64,000 nt of DNA from Octopus sinensis (GCF_006345805.1 NC_042998.1:154132001-154196000), one strand, 5' to 3'. Positions 25,620-38,781 are shown, numbered from the stretch's first letter. The notes: generated from the sequence alone by a model not told the origin. Numbers and translations: made by a program.

Positions 25620-26465
25620 AGATATTATATATTTCGGAATGGTCATTTTGCCAGTTTAGCCAATAAAAACACACACACTTTTTATATGTGTTACTTTGCT
25701 TCAGTGTTATTTTTGCCAGAATTGTTTCGTCACACTCCTGTGACCGCATCAGTGGTCCTTTGTTTTCTTCTTTCTTATTTGTGTCTCTCCTTACTAACCG
25801 TCAGCCATTTTGTATTTCTATTGTATGTCTTTATTTGTGCATGCTTATATCTCTATGTGTGTCTATGTTTATTTAGTGTGTGTGGGGGGGATGCCTGTAA
25901 TATTTGTATTTTGTTTATATATGTTCATGTAATTTGTTTTTGTTGTTGTTGTTTTTGTTTATTCTTATTTTGTTCATGTGTTTACATCCACTTGTTTTTA
26001 TGATCATTACGTATGCTTGCATGTATGTATGTATAACAACAATACTAATAATAATAAGAAGAAGAAGAAATAAAAAAAATCTTTTAGATTAAACAAAAAA
26101 AACTCATATTACAGGCATCCCCCCCCCACACACACACTAAATAAACATAGATGCACAAATATTACAGGCATCCCCCCACACACACACACTAAATAAACAT
26201 AGACATAAATAGAGATATAAGCATGCGCAAATGAAGACATACAATAGAAATACAAAATGGCTGACGGTTAGTAAGGAGAGACACAAATGAGAAAGAAGAA
26301 AACAAAGGACCACTGATACAGTGTGTGACGAAAGAACTCTGGCGGAAATAAGATTAAAATTAATGTAAAAAATAAATAATACTGAAGCAAAGTAACACCA
26401 AATATATAGTGCGTGTGTTTTTATTGGCTAAACTGGCAAAATGACCGCTCCGAAATATAACAATA
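25620..26465. repeat. Fold-back element: ~280-320-bp inverted arms with ~250-bp spacer
   Basis: 25620-25895 is the reverse complement of ~26145-26465; third copy at ~32400-32900. Confidence 0.8.
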
Positions 26466-26558
26466 TATATATATATTATAATATATATATATAATATTAT
26501 ATATATATATATATTATATATATATATATATATACACACATATATACATATATATCAA

Positions 26559-28944
26559 CATCATCATCATCATCATCGTTTAACGTCCGTTCTCCATGCT
26601 AGCATGGGTTGGACGGTTCAACCGGGGATCTGGGAAGCCAGAAGGCTGCACCAAGCTCCGATCTTATCTGGCAGTGTTTCTACAGCTGGATGCCCTTCCT
26701 AACGCCAACCACTCCGTGAGTGTAGTGGGTGCTTTTTACGTGCCACCTGCACTGGTGCCAGGCGAGGCTGGCATCGGCCACGGTCGGATTGGTGCATTTT
26801 ACGTGCCACCTGCACGGAAGCCAGTCGAGGCGGCACTGGCTTCGGCCACGATTCGGATGGTGCTTTTTACGTGCCACCAACACGGAAGCCAGTCGAGGCG
26901 GCGCTGGCATCGGCCACGATTCGTATTGTGCTTTTTACGTATCTCCAGTCCAGGGGTCCTGGCATAGGATTGGTTCAATTTCAATTCCGATTTCGATTTC
27001 ACTTGCCCCAACAGGTCTTCGCAAGCAAAGGGGTGTTGGCATAGGTGCCTGTCGTCGGATGAGGTTCGATATCGACTTCGCTTGCCTCAACAGGTCTTTG
27101 TGTGTCCAAGGGAGGAAAGGCATGCATAAGTGGGCTGGACTCACTTGTCCTGCCTGGTCTTTTCACGCACAGCATATTTCCGGTCTCGGTCGCTGGTCAT
27201 TTCCTCAGTGAGACCTAAAGTTCGAAGGTCGTGCTTCACCACCTCATCCCAAGTTTTCCTGGGTCTACCTCTTCCACGGGTTCCCTCCACTGCTAGGGAT
27301 TGGCACTTTTTCACACAACTATCTTCATCCATTCTCGCCACATGACCATACCAGCGCAATCGTCTCTCTTGCACACCACAACTGATGCTCCTTCGGTCCA
27401 ACATTTCTCTCAGGGTACTAACGCTCTGTCGAGCATGCACACTGACATTACACATCCATCGGAGCATACTGGCTTCATTTCTCGCGAGCTTACGCATGTC
27501 CTCAGCAGTCACGGCCCATGTTTCACTGCCATGTAGCATGGCTGTTCATACACATGCATCATACAGTCTGCCTTTTACTCTGAGCGAGAGGCCTTTAGTC
27601 ACCAGCAGAGGTAAGAGCTCCCTAAACTTTGCCCAGGCTATTCTTACTCTAGCCGTTACACTTTCAGCACACCCACCCCCACTACTGACTTGGTCACCAA
27701 GATAACGGAAGCTATCAACTACTTCCAGTTTTTTCCCCTGGAAAGTGACGGAAGTTGTTTTCTGCAGATTTTCAGAGGTTAATGTTCCCGAGCATCAGCC
27801 ACATACAAAAACCATCTTCCTAGTTAGCCTTCCTTTGACATTGCTGCACCTCTTATGTGTCCATAGCTTACACTTGGTGCATCTTATAGAGTTTCTACCT
27901 ACACCTTTTCTACAGATAGAGCAGGGCCATCTACCTGGAGGCGTTTGTGATTTGTCTACCTTCCTACTTATTACGACTTTGGTTTTAGCTAGATTGACTC
28001 TAAGGCCCTTCGATTCTAAACCTTGCTTCCACACCTGAAACTTCTCCTCCAGTTCTGATAGAGACTCAGCAATTAGAGCATGGTCATCAGCATAGAGGAG
28101 CTCCCAGGGGCATCCTGTCTTGAATTCCTCCATTATTGCCTGGAGGACTATGATAAATAGGAGGGGGCTGAGGACTGAGCCTTGGTGGACCCCTATCTCT
28201 ACCTGGAATTCTTCACTGTACTCGTTGCCAACCCTCACCTTACTAGCAGCGTCCCTGTACATGGCTCACACAGCTCTCACTAACCATTCATCTATCCCTA
28301 GTTTCCTCATTGACCACCAGATATGGGATCGGAGGACCCTGTCGAAGGCCTTCTCCATGTCAACAAAAGCCAGGTACAGGGGCTTATCTTTGGCTAGGTA
28401 TTTCTCCTGCAGCTGCCTTACCAGGAATATAGCATCAGTGGTACTTTTCCCTGGCACGAACCCAAGCTGCATCTCATCTAAACTAACTCTCTCTCTAATT
28501 AGTTGGGCTATGACCCTCTCTGTAATCTTCATTACCTGATCCAACAGCTTGATACCTCTGTAATTATTTGTATCTAGGGCGTCACCTTTACCTTTGTAGC
28601 AGTTGACTATTATGCTGCTACACCAGTCATTGGGTATGACTCCTTCGTGTATCACCTGATTAACTATACGGGTGACTAGGCTATAGCCAACACTACCAGA
28701 TATTTTGAGCATCTCTGCAGTGATACCTGATGGGCCTGGGTCTTTTCCTGTCTTCATGCTTCTCATTGCCTTAACTACCAAGGAACTATCAACTCTGATA
28801 GCTGGTCCCTCTGTTGGGTCAACATTCGGCAGACTTTCTTTATCCCATTCATTTCTCTTTATTCAGCAACCTTTCATAGTGGCATCTCCAAACCTCTCTC
28901 TTTGCATCCTCATTTAGCGCAAGTGAACCATCTTCCATGCGAAC
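26559..28944 (-). mobile_element. 5'-truncated RTE LINE (RT plus 3' UTR)
   Basis: ORFs 28266-28781, 27795-28262 and 27141-27539 with RT motifs, separated by stops/frameshift; (CAT)n tail. Confidence 0.95.
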
Positions 28945-28953
28945 ATATATATA

Positions 28954-28984
<31 letters not shown>

Positions 28985-29780
28985 AACTATAATATATATA
29001 TATATACATATACATACATATATACACATATACATACATATATATATATACATATATACATACATATATACACATATACATACATATATATATATATACA
29101 TATATACATACATATATACACATATACATACATATATACATATATACATACATTTATACATATGTACATATATATATACATATTTACATACATATATATA
29201 TACATATATACATATACATATATATATATATACATACATATATATATATATATTGTATGTATATATATATTATATATATGTATATTACATATTATATATA
29301 TGTATATTATATATATTTATTGTATGTATATATATATGGCCACAGCTTGTGAGCTGAAACTAGATAAAATAAAAAATAAATAAAAAATAAAAATAAAAAT
29401 GTATATTATATATATATATTGTATGTATATATATATTATATATATGTATATTATATATATATATATATATATCATATATATGTATGTATGCATATATATA
29501 TGTTATATATATATTATATATGTATATTATATATATGTATATTTTATATATATATATATTATTATATATATTATATATATGTCGTATATATGTATATATA
29601 TATATATTATTGTACGTATATATATATATTATATATATGTCGTATATATGTATATATATGTATTGTATGTATATATATTTTATATAAATATATATAGATA
29701 TTATATATATATATAATATCATATATATGTATATATATATATATATATATATTGTATGTATATATATATTTTATATAAAT
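28945..29780. repeat. (TA)n/(TACA)n arrays with a short LINE/SINE 3'-tail remnant at ~29337-29372
   Basis: Direct reading; ggccacagcttgtgagctgaaactagataaaat resembles the tail at 11315-11380. Confidence 0.9.
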
Positions 29781-29781
29781 A

Positions 29782-30135
29782 CTAGCAGTATCGCCCGGCG
29801 TTGCTCGGGTTGTAAGGGAAATAACTATTTAAGCATTTTTAGAGAGTTATAGCCTAAAAATAGCAAAAAAATGCATTAAAAATTGAAAAAAAATTAAGGT
29901 AAATTTTTTTTTTAAATCGTTGACACATCGTAGATATTTTTAGAGAGTTACTTCCCTTATATAAAAGCGAAAAAAATGCATTAAAATGGAAGATGCGCGC
30001 TAATACCCAGAAAGGCTCGATATGAATCACGACTATAAGATACCCGGTTTTGGTTAAACTGCACCGCAAAATGTGGGAGTAGTTACGAATCTAAATCGTA
30101 GGAGACAGACACACAACTTCACTCTTATATAAAGA
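29782..30135 (-). mobile_element. Short non-autonomous Helitron
   Basis: A|TCTTTATATAAGAG at 30135; hairpin cccgagcaacgccggg and CTAG|T at 29782. Confidence 0.75.
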
Positions 30136-30982
30136 TGCTTTTTTTTTCAGTCATAGAGTTAGATTTATGAAGGTCTTCAGTAGAAAATCCTTCGAATTCT
30201 GACTCGCTGCTTGATATAATGAAATTCGTATCCATTTTTTGTCAGAATTACAAATTTTGAAAACACGATAGGAACAAATTTCGGAAAAAAATCTCCCATA
30301 ATTCACGGAATTAAAATTACACATCGATTTTTGTACAAAACTGTATTTGAAGTGTTTACGAAGTATAATACGTGTTTTCACGAACGTACTAAAGAGATTT
30401 ACTCTGATATTCTCATTTAAATATGAATAGGTAAATTCGGGCGGTTTGGTAACGAAAGGGTTGAACGGATGCATACATAACTATATATAAGTGTCGTCTG
30501 TTTATACATAAACACTGTTTCATACTTTCAGTTTAGTCTTCCTCAAATCACTCTGTCGCTATTTACTCTCTTCCAAGAACATTTTCACTCACTCTTATCT
30601 CTTAGCCATACATTTTATTCATGTATCTATCAGCGTGATAGACAGAAACAAATATTACATCGCCAACGCCATCGCATTCTATTGTCTACCTGTCAACACA
30701 CACGCAGTAAATTAGTTTCACTTTATTCGTTGCACACTGTGTGTGTGCGTTTGCGTGTGCTGTAAACCAAACTAAGAAAAGCATTTGACATACACACCAG
30801 AATGTGAGTTTTCTGTAAATTTTGCTTAATTGGAGTTTAAATTTTAAAAACTGGACCTGGCATGACCCGATGCATTCTACTCTTAAAAATGCTAGGTAAA
30901 TTGTAATTGAAGAAATCCTATATTGTAGATTTCTATAAGTTACAAAGGGAGGCAGATAAAATCTGGCCTTTTAAATAAGAGA
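30136..30982 (-). mobile_element. Helitron-like 5' segment with no 3' end of its own
   Basis: A|TCTCTTATTTAAAAGG at 30982; no hairpin/CTAG seen before the next Helitron starts. Confidence 0.45.
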
Positions 30983-31030
30983 TATATATATATCATATAT
31001 ATGTATATATATATATATATATTAGTATTG

Positions 31031-31066
<36 letters not shown>

Positions 31067-31093
31067 TATATATATATATTTGTTATATATATA

Positions 31094-32361
31094 ATCATCA
31101 TTATCATTTAGTGTCCGTTTTCCATGCTTGCATGGGTTGGACGGTTCAACTGGGGTCTGTGAAGCTGGAAGGCTTCATCAGGCCCAGTCAGATCTGGCAG
31201 TGTTTCTACGGCTGGATGCCCTTCCTAACGCCAACCACTCCGTGAGTGTAGTGGGTGCTTTTACGTGCCACCAACACGGGGGCCAGACAGAGCTGGCAAA
31301 CAGCCACGAAACGGATGGTACTTTTACGTGTCACTGGCACGGGGGCCAGGCGAGGCTGGCAACGGACACGAACGGATGGTGCTTTTACATGCCACCGACG
31401 CGGGGGCCAGACAGGGCTGGCAGACGGCCACGAACGGATGGTGCTTTTACGTGTCACCGGCACGGGGGCCAGACAGAGCTGGCAAACGGCCACGAACGGA
31501 TGGTGCTTTTACATGTCACCGGCACGGGGGCCAGGCGAGGCTGGCAACGGACACGAACGGATGATACTTTTACATGCCACCGACACGGGGGCCAGACAGG
31601 GCTGGCAAATGGCCACGAATGGATGGTGCTTTTACGTGTCACCGGCACGGGTGCCAGACAGAGCTGGCAAACGGCCACGAATGGATGGTGCTTTTACGTG
31701 TCACCGGCACGGGGGCTAGGCGAGGCTGGCAACGAACACGAACGGATGGTGCTTTTACGTGCCACCTGCACGGGGGCCAGGCAAGGCTGGCAATGGACAC
31801 GAACGGATGGTGCTTCTACATGCCACCGACATGGAGGCTAGAAGGGGCGGTGCCGGCAACGACCACGATCGGATGGTTCGCTTAACCACAGCTGCAATTC
31901 CCACTGATGTTGATCGACCTCAATTTGGTTCTGCTTTCTGATATATGAATTGATTTGGTTTGATTTTGATTTTGACTGTTCTCACTGGTCTTGCCTGGTT
32001 TTCTCACGCACAGCATACTTCCAAAGGTCTCGGTCTTTGGTCATTTCCTTGGTGAGACCTAAAATTCGAAGGTCGTGCTTCACCACCTCAACCCAGGTTT
32101 TCCTGGGTCTACCTCTTCCACAGGTCCCCTCAAATGCCAGGGTGTGGCACTTTCGCACACAACTATCTTCAGCCATTCTCATCACATGACCATACCAGCG
32201 CAAACGTCTCTCTTACACACAACAACTGATGCTTCTTAGGTTCAACTTTTCTCTCAAGGTACTTACACTCTGTCGATTATGAACACTGACGTTACACATC
32301 CATCAGAGCATACTAGCTTCATTTCTTGCGAGCTTACGCAAATCCTCAGCAGTCACAGCCC
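31094..32361 (-). mobile_element. RTE LINE 3' portion with an expanded ~61-bp minisatellite
   Basis: RWYGHVMRM...RGRPRKTW (31982-32203); ~10 tandem units at 31257-31870. Confidence 0.9.
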
Positions 32362-32399
32362 AATATATATATCATATATATGTTTACATACATATAATT

Positions 32400-32900
32400 T
32401 GTTTACATGCATACATACATACGTAATAATAATAATAATGATAATAATAATAATAAAAATCATAATAATAATAATAATAATAAGTAGGTGTAAACACATG
32501 AACAAAATAAAAATAAACAAAAACAAAAACAAATTACACAAACATATATAAACAAGAGATACAAATATTACAGGCTCTTCCCCCCACACACACACTAACT
32601 AAACATAGACACACATAGAGGTATACGCATGCGCAAATGAAGACATATACAATAGAAATACAAAATACAAAATGGCTGACCATTAGTAAGGAGAGACACA
32701 CAAATAAGAAGATAGCAAAGGACCACTGACGCGGTCACAGGGGTGTGACAAAAGAACTCTGGCTGAAATAAGGTTAAGATTAATGTAAAAAATAAATAAC
32801 ACTGAAGCAAAGTCACACCAAATATATAGTACATGTGTTTTTATTGGCTAAACCATTCCTAAATATAACAATATCTGTTTCAACACACGATTTCACATCA
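32400..32900 (-). repeat. Single copy of the fold-back element arm plus spacer
   Basis: Reverse complement of ~25600-26040. Confidence 0.75.
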
Positions 32901-33275
32901 AAAATCTTGAAAGAAAAAACCACCTTTTATTAATTCAACAAGAAAAAATTAAATTATTCCATATAGAAAAAAATTACATTCTATAGAAAAAAGTTAAAGA
33001 TAAGAAAAAAAACATATAGCAATGATTAAGTACTGTGCAAAATAATAAATAAAACATAGTTAAATCTTATTCTAATTAAGTAATATATACTAAAAAAACT
33101 TCATGTTAAATTATATACATAATGCTTGTGCAATCTATAAATATTAGAATTAAAAATAGAAATTGGCAACCGAATAATTGTCACATATTATATTGCAAAT
33201 GAATTCTTCTATTTAAATAATATTGAGGTCACATCCATTCTTTTGTTGTCATAATATTATATATATATCTTTTAC

Positions 33276-33650
33276 TCTGGAGCACCGCATTTAGTCGAGC
33301 AAATCAACCCCAGGACTTATTCTTTGTAAGCCTAGTACTTATTCTATCGGTCTTCTTTGCCAAACCGCTAAGTTACGGCGACGTAAACACACCAGCATTG
33401 GTTGTCAAGCAATTTTGGGGGGACAAACACAGACACACAAACATATACACACACATACATATATAAATATATATACATATATACGATGGGCTTCTTTCAG
33501 TTTCCTTCTACCAAATCCACTCACAAGGCTTTGGACGGCCAAAGGTTATAGTAGAAGACAATTGCCCAAGGTGCCATGCAGTGGGACTGAATCTGGAACC
33601 ATGTGCTTCATAAGCAAGCTACTTACCATGCAGCCACTCGTGTGCCCATT
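33276..33650 (-). mobile_element. tRNA-derived SINE
   Basis: Homologous to 43555-43938; A/B boxes on the minus strand. Confidence 0.85.
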
Positions 33651-33732
33651 AATATATATGTTATATACATATTTATTATATACGTTACATATATATTATA
33701 TATATCATATATTTTATATATGTATATATATA

Positions 33733-34290
33733 AACATAATCAAAAAGGGTAATAACATAGGTTATTATTACCAGTGGCCTAGCACAAAAGACAAATTAGT
33801 CATTAGACAAAATATTATTCATATAGAAATATAATAAAAGGCTCCCAAATAATGAAGCTTAGTGCTAGAGACACAAAGAGGGATAAATTCGTGGAGAGAG
33901 TGAAAATCAAAAACATTTACCATTAACGATATATCCCGGACTGATCAGTTTCTACCTCTTTCTAGCAAAACAGACAGAATATGTTTGCCAAGGCAAGGTT
34001 CATCAGCGGGACGCCTTCCTAATTCTAGATGCACAGAGCGTTAGAGCACATGTTGGTCTAACAATTTGTATATCTTAACTTTTCAAACCTCTGCGCAGAC
34101 GCAAAATATACCCGGCGACATAGGGCATGCCAGTAAAAAATTTTACGAACAAATTTATCAAGTAATATGTGAACATAATCAAAAAGGGTAATAACATAGA
34201 TTATTATTACCAGTGGCCTAGCACAAAAGACGAATTAGTCATTAGACAAAATATTCATATAGAAAAATATTATTCATATAGAAATATATA
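33733..34290. repeat. ~105-bp direct repeats flanking a ~330-bp unique segment
   Basis: aacataatcaaaaagggtaataacatag...cattagacaaaatatt at ~33733 and ~34172. Confidence 0.7.
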
Positions 34291-34294
34291 TTTC

Positions 34295-34331
<37 letters not shown>

Positions 34332-34442
34332 CATATATATATGTATTATATATATATTTTACATATATATATATTATATATATTATATATTATAAACTTA
34401 GATATATATAAATACATGTATAATATATATATATATATTACA

Positions 34443-36929
34443 TGTTTGTTTGTTTGTTTGGCATCCTTTCTGTCTCGGGAGACAATGGAGTTGCGCATTT
34501 TTTTTTTTTTTTTTTCTAGGTCTAGTCCGGCTGTTATATTTTATTTCCTGTTACATTTCTTGCTGTGGCTGTGTAGTCCTATCCTGGACAAACACTCCCT
34601 CTGGCAGGTACTGCAAATGTAGCGAAGACTGTTCCTGGCTGATTGTAGTGCCATGGTCTCTTGTTTATGTCTCTTCCTTTCATTCCATTTCTCCTCTCTC
34701 TTTCTGTCACTCCTCTGTATACCCTCTTTTACTGTACGTCGCCATTCTCCACGGTTGCCGGCGACTGCCTCCCAACCGCTAATGTTGATGTTGCAGGCCT
34801 TCATATCCCTTTTGCAAACATCCTTGTAACGCAAGATCGGTCTACCCACAGACCTAGTACCCCTAGCAAGCTCTCCGTAGAGTATGTCCTTGGGGATTCT
34901 GCCATCTTTCATACGGCTAACATGCCCAAGCCATCTCATACGTCTTTGTGTGAGGAGTGCAAACATGCTTGGTATTCCTGCTTGCCTGAGGACATCTTTG
35001 TTGGGGATATGATTCTGCCATTTGATGTGGAGGATTTTTCGGAGGCAGCGCAGGTGAAAGATGTTTAGGCGACGTTCTTGGCGTGTGTATAGCGTCCAGG
35101 TCTCGCTTCCATACAGTAGAGTGCTGAGTACACATGCCTGGTAGATCTTCATTTTTGTGGTCTTGGTCAGCTTATTGTTGTCCCAAGCCCGTTTGGAGAG
35201 TTGGGCCATCGCAGCAGCTGCCTTGCCAATGCGTATATTGAGCTCAGCGTCAAGGGATAGGTTGTAGGTGATGGTAGAGCCCAGATAGGTAAACTTCTCC
35301 ACCTCTTGTAATCTGTGGTCTCCAATATGTATGTTTGGGATGTCCGATGTAGCCTGGCCCATGATGTTGGTCTTCTTAAGGCTGATAGCTAAGCCAAAGT
35401 CGTTACATGCTTGCTCAAAACAGTTAATGAGCCTTTGGAGGGCTTCTTCTGTGTGTGTTACCAGAGCGGCATCATCAGCAAATAACATCTCCTTGATCAG
35501 GACGTTTCTGATTTTGGTCTTGGCACGCAGGCGCGAGAGATTGAACAGTTTCCCGTCACTTCTACTGTGCAGAAACACTCCATCATCTGATGTCTGAAAG
35601 GCATGTGACAGCAAGAGTGAGAAGAAGATGCCAAACAATGTAGGAGCGAGGACACAGCCTTGCTTTACCCCGTTTTTTATTTGGAAGGCGGCTGATGTTG
35701 AACCGTTGTGCTGTATGGTGCCTTGCATGTCATCATGGAAAGACTTGATGATCCTCAGCAGCTTTGGTGGACATCCGATTTTTTGGAGCAGGAGGAAGAG
35801 GCCTGTTCTGCTTACCGAGTCAAAAGCCTTTGTTAGATCAATGAAAGCCATATATAATGGCATTTTCTGCTCTCTGGACTTCTCCTGAAGTTGGCGTATG
35901 GAGAATATCATATCGATAGTTGATCTGCTTCTTCTAAAGCCACACTGCGATTCCGGATAGATTCGAGAAGCAAGTAGTTGTAGCCTGGCCAGGATAACGC
36001 GGGCAAGGTCTTTCCAACAGTGCTTAGAAGGGATATACCACGGTAATTGTTACAATCACCACGGTCACCTTTGTTTTTGTAGAGTGTAATGATGTTGGCA
36101 TCCCGCATATCCTGAGGGACTGTACCCTCTTCCCAGCACTGACACAGAAGCTCATGAAGGTGCCGAAGCAGGATGGTGTTTTTGCCGGCTTTGATGATCT
36201 CTGAGGGGATGCCGTCTTTTCCCGGAGCCTTATTTCTTGCTAGGGAGTCAACAGCCTTGGTGAGCTCTGCTATAGATGGCGGACTGTCAAGTTCGCACAT
36301 GACTGGCAAGATCTTGACACTCTCGACTGCAGCCTCAGCCACTGTGGTCTCCCGTGAGTAGAGATCCTGGTAGTGCTCCACCCATCTATCCATTTGCTTG
36401 CCTTGATCCCTGATGAGATCTCCAGTAGTTGATTTCAGAGGGGCTGACTTGGTTGCGGATGGACCGAGGGCCTTCTTCAAACCAGCATACATCCCACGGG
36501 TGTCGCCCCTGTCAAGGGTGAGGATTCTCCCTAAAAAAGTCCATCGCTCCAAGAAAGTGGGCCGACCACGCATCAACACCGCCAGAACCTCGGACCCTAC
36601 ACTGCGAAAATGTTTTGCTGCTTCTATCAAGGTTGCCCTCAGTAGCTGCCCAACCTCCTCTGCTGAAAGTAGGTGGGACTATATCAGGGAAGCCTTGTAC
36701 ACGACATCATTGGATACTTTCGGCATGAGAGAAAGGCAAAACCCAGATTGGTTCAATGCTGGGCTCTCAGAGCTGGAGCCAGTTATCGAAGCAAAGCGTG
36801 CAGCTCTGGTGCAATACAAGAGTGACTCTTCTACAAAGTCACTCGAAGAACTCAGAAAGGCACGAAATAAAACCCAACTGACAGCCAGATGCTGTGCAAA
36901 TAGGTATTGGCAGGAAATCTGTCAGAGTA
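34443..36929 (-). mobile_element. RTE LINE of a second family (BovB/Expander-like), 5'-truncated with a 5' inversion
   Basis: ORFs 35908-36630 and 34541-35911 (AFIDLTKAFDSV, GVKQGCVLAP, LFADDAAL, C-terminal CxxC...HxxxC finger), one frameshift at ~36005; 3' stem-loop tgtctcccgagaca and (CAAA)n tail; 36511-36929 encodes the upstream linker on the + strand. Confidence 0.92.
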
Positions 36930-37167
36930 TATATATTACATATATACATATATATATTATATATATATATTATATATATAAATACATATGTATATTATAT
37001 ATATATATATATATTACATATATACATATATATATTATATATGCATATATATTATATATATAAATACATATGTATAATATATATATATTACATATATATA
37101 TATTATATATATTATATATATATTATATATGTAGATATATATATCATAAATGTAGATATATATATAT

Positions 37168-38389
37168 GTCAATGTCAAAGGAAGGCTAACTAGGAAGATG
37201 GTTTTTGTATGTGGCAGATGCTCAGGAACAATAAACACTGAAAATGCTCTGAGACCAACTTCCGTCACTTTCCAGGGAGAAAAACTAGAAATAGTTGATA
37301 GTTTCCGTTACCTAGGTGACCAAGTCAGCAGCGTGGGCGGGTGTGCTGAAAGTGTAACTGCTAGAGTAAGAATAGCTTGGGCAAAGTTCAGAGAGCTCTT
37401 ACCTCTGCTGGTGACAAAAGGCCTCTCGCACAGAGTGAAAGGCAGACTGTATGATGCATGTGTACGAACAGCCATGCTACATGGCAGTGAAACATGGGCC
37501 GTGACTGCTGAGGATATGCGTAAGCTCGCAAGAAATGAAGCCAGTATGCTCCGATGGATGTGTGATGTCAGTACTCATACTCGGCAGAGTGTAAGTACCT
37601 TGAGAGAAAAGCTGGACCTAAGAAACATCAGTTGTGGTGTGCAAGAGAGACGTTTGCGCTGGTATGGTCATGTGGCGAGAATGGATGAAGATAGTTGTGT
37701 GAAAAAGTGCCACACCCTAGCGGTTGAGGGAACCTGTGGAAGAGGCAGACCCAGGAAAACCTGGGACGAGGTGGTGAAGCACGACCTTCGAACTTTAGGT
37801 CTCACTGAGGAAATGACTAGAGACCGAGACCTCTGGAAGTGTGCGGTGCGCGAGAAGACCCGGCAGGACAATAAGTCCATAACCCGTGGCCTTCTACATG
37901 GGATGGAGCCAGCCTACGTATGCATACCTTCCCTTCTTGGGACACAAAACTCTACTTGTGAAGACCTGTTGAGGCAAGTGAGGATCAGAATCGAAATCGA
38001 TCAATGGAAATTGCGGATGTGTTACCAGTGCCGGTGGCATGTAAGAGAACCTTCCGTTTCGCGACCGTTGCCAGTGCCACCCCGACTGGCCTCGTGCCGG
38101 TGGCACGTAAAAAGCACCATCCGTTCGTGTCCGTTGCCAGCCTCGCCTGGCCCTCGTGCCGGTGGCACATAAAAAGCACCATCCGTTCGTGGCCGTTTGC
38201 CAGCTCTGTCTGGCACCTGTGCTGGTGGCACGTAAAAAGCACCCACTACACTCACGGAGTGGTTGGCATTAGGAAGGGCATCCAGCCGTAGAAACACTGC
38301 CAGATTTGACTGGGCCTGATGAAGCCTTCTGGCTTCACAGACCCCTGTAGAACCCTCCAACCCATGCTAGCATGGAAAACGGACGCTAA

Positions 38390-38445
<56 letters not shown>
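37168..38445 (+). mobile_element. 5'-truncated RTE LINE 3' portion
   Basis: ORF 37198-38172: VFVCGRC, FRYLG, HGSETW, RGRPRKTW; long (GAT)n tail. Confidence 0.95.
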
Positions 38446-38446
38446 A

Positions 38447-38781
38447 TACTTTATTTAAAGCAGCAGAAAATTCAACAAAATCTGTTACTCTGAGTTTCTC
38501 GTTGCCGTTCAGACAGTTTTTGCTAGAATGGAACCGATATATCAATTCAATCCAGACTCTTACAAACGCTACTGTTTAACCGTTTGTAGTGTTTGTAAGA
38601 GTCTAGATTGAATTGATATATCGGTTCCATTCTAGCAAAAACTGTCCGATGAACGGCAACGAGAAACTCAGAGTAACAGATTTTGTTGAATTTTCTGCTG
38701 CTTTAAATAAAGCATATTACTCTACCACTGGTATTTGAGTACTCTTTTTTCCACCTTGTTTCACATTTATGTGTTTACTCC

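Noticed and set aside
30445-30466. piggyBac-like end aaagggttga
   Set aside because: Only one end, imperfect TTAA, no partner TIR found.
31128-31885. Repeat array giving a 237-aa ORF; superficially CRISPR-like
   Set aside because: Tandem units without unique spacers, inside an RTE 3' UTR, in a eukaryotic context with no cas genes.
38252-38545. Poly-His ORF
   Set aside because: Antisense reading of the RTE (GAT)n tail fused to a PLE pLTR.
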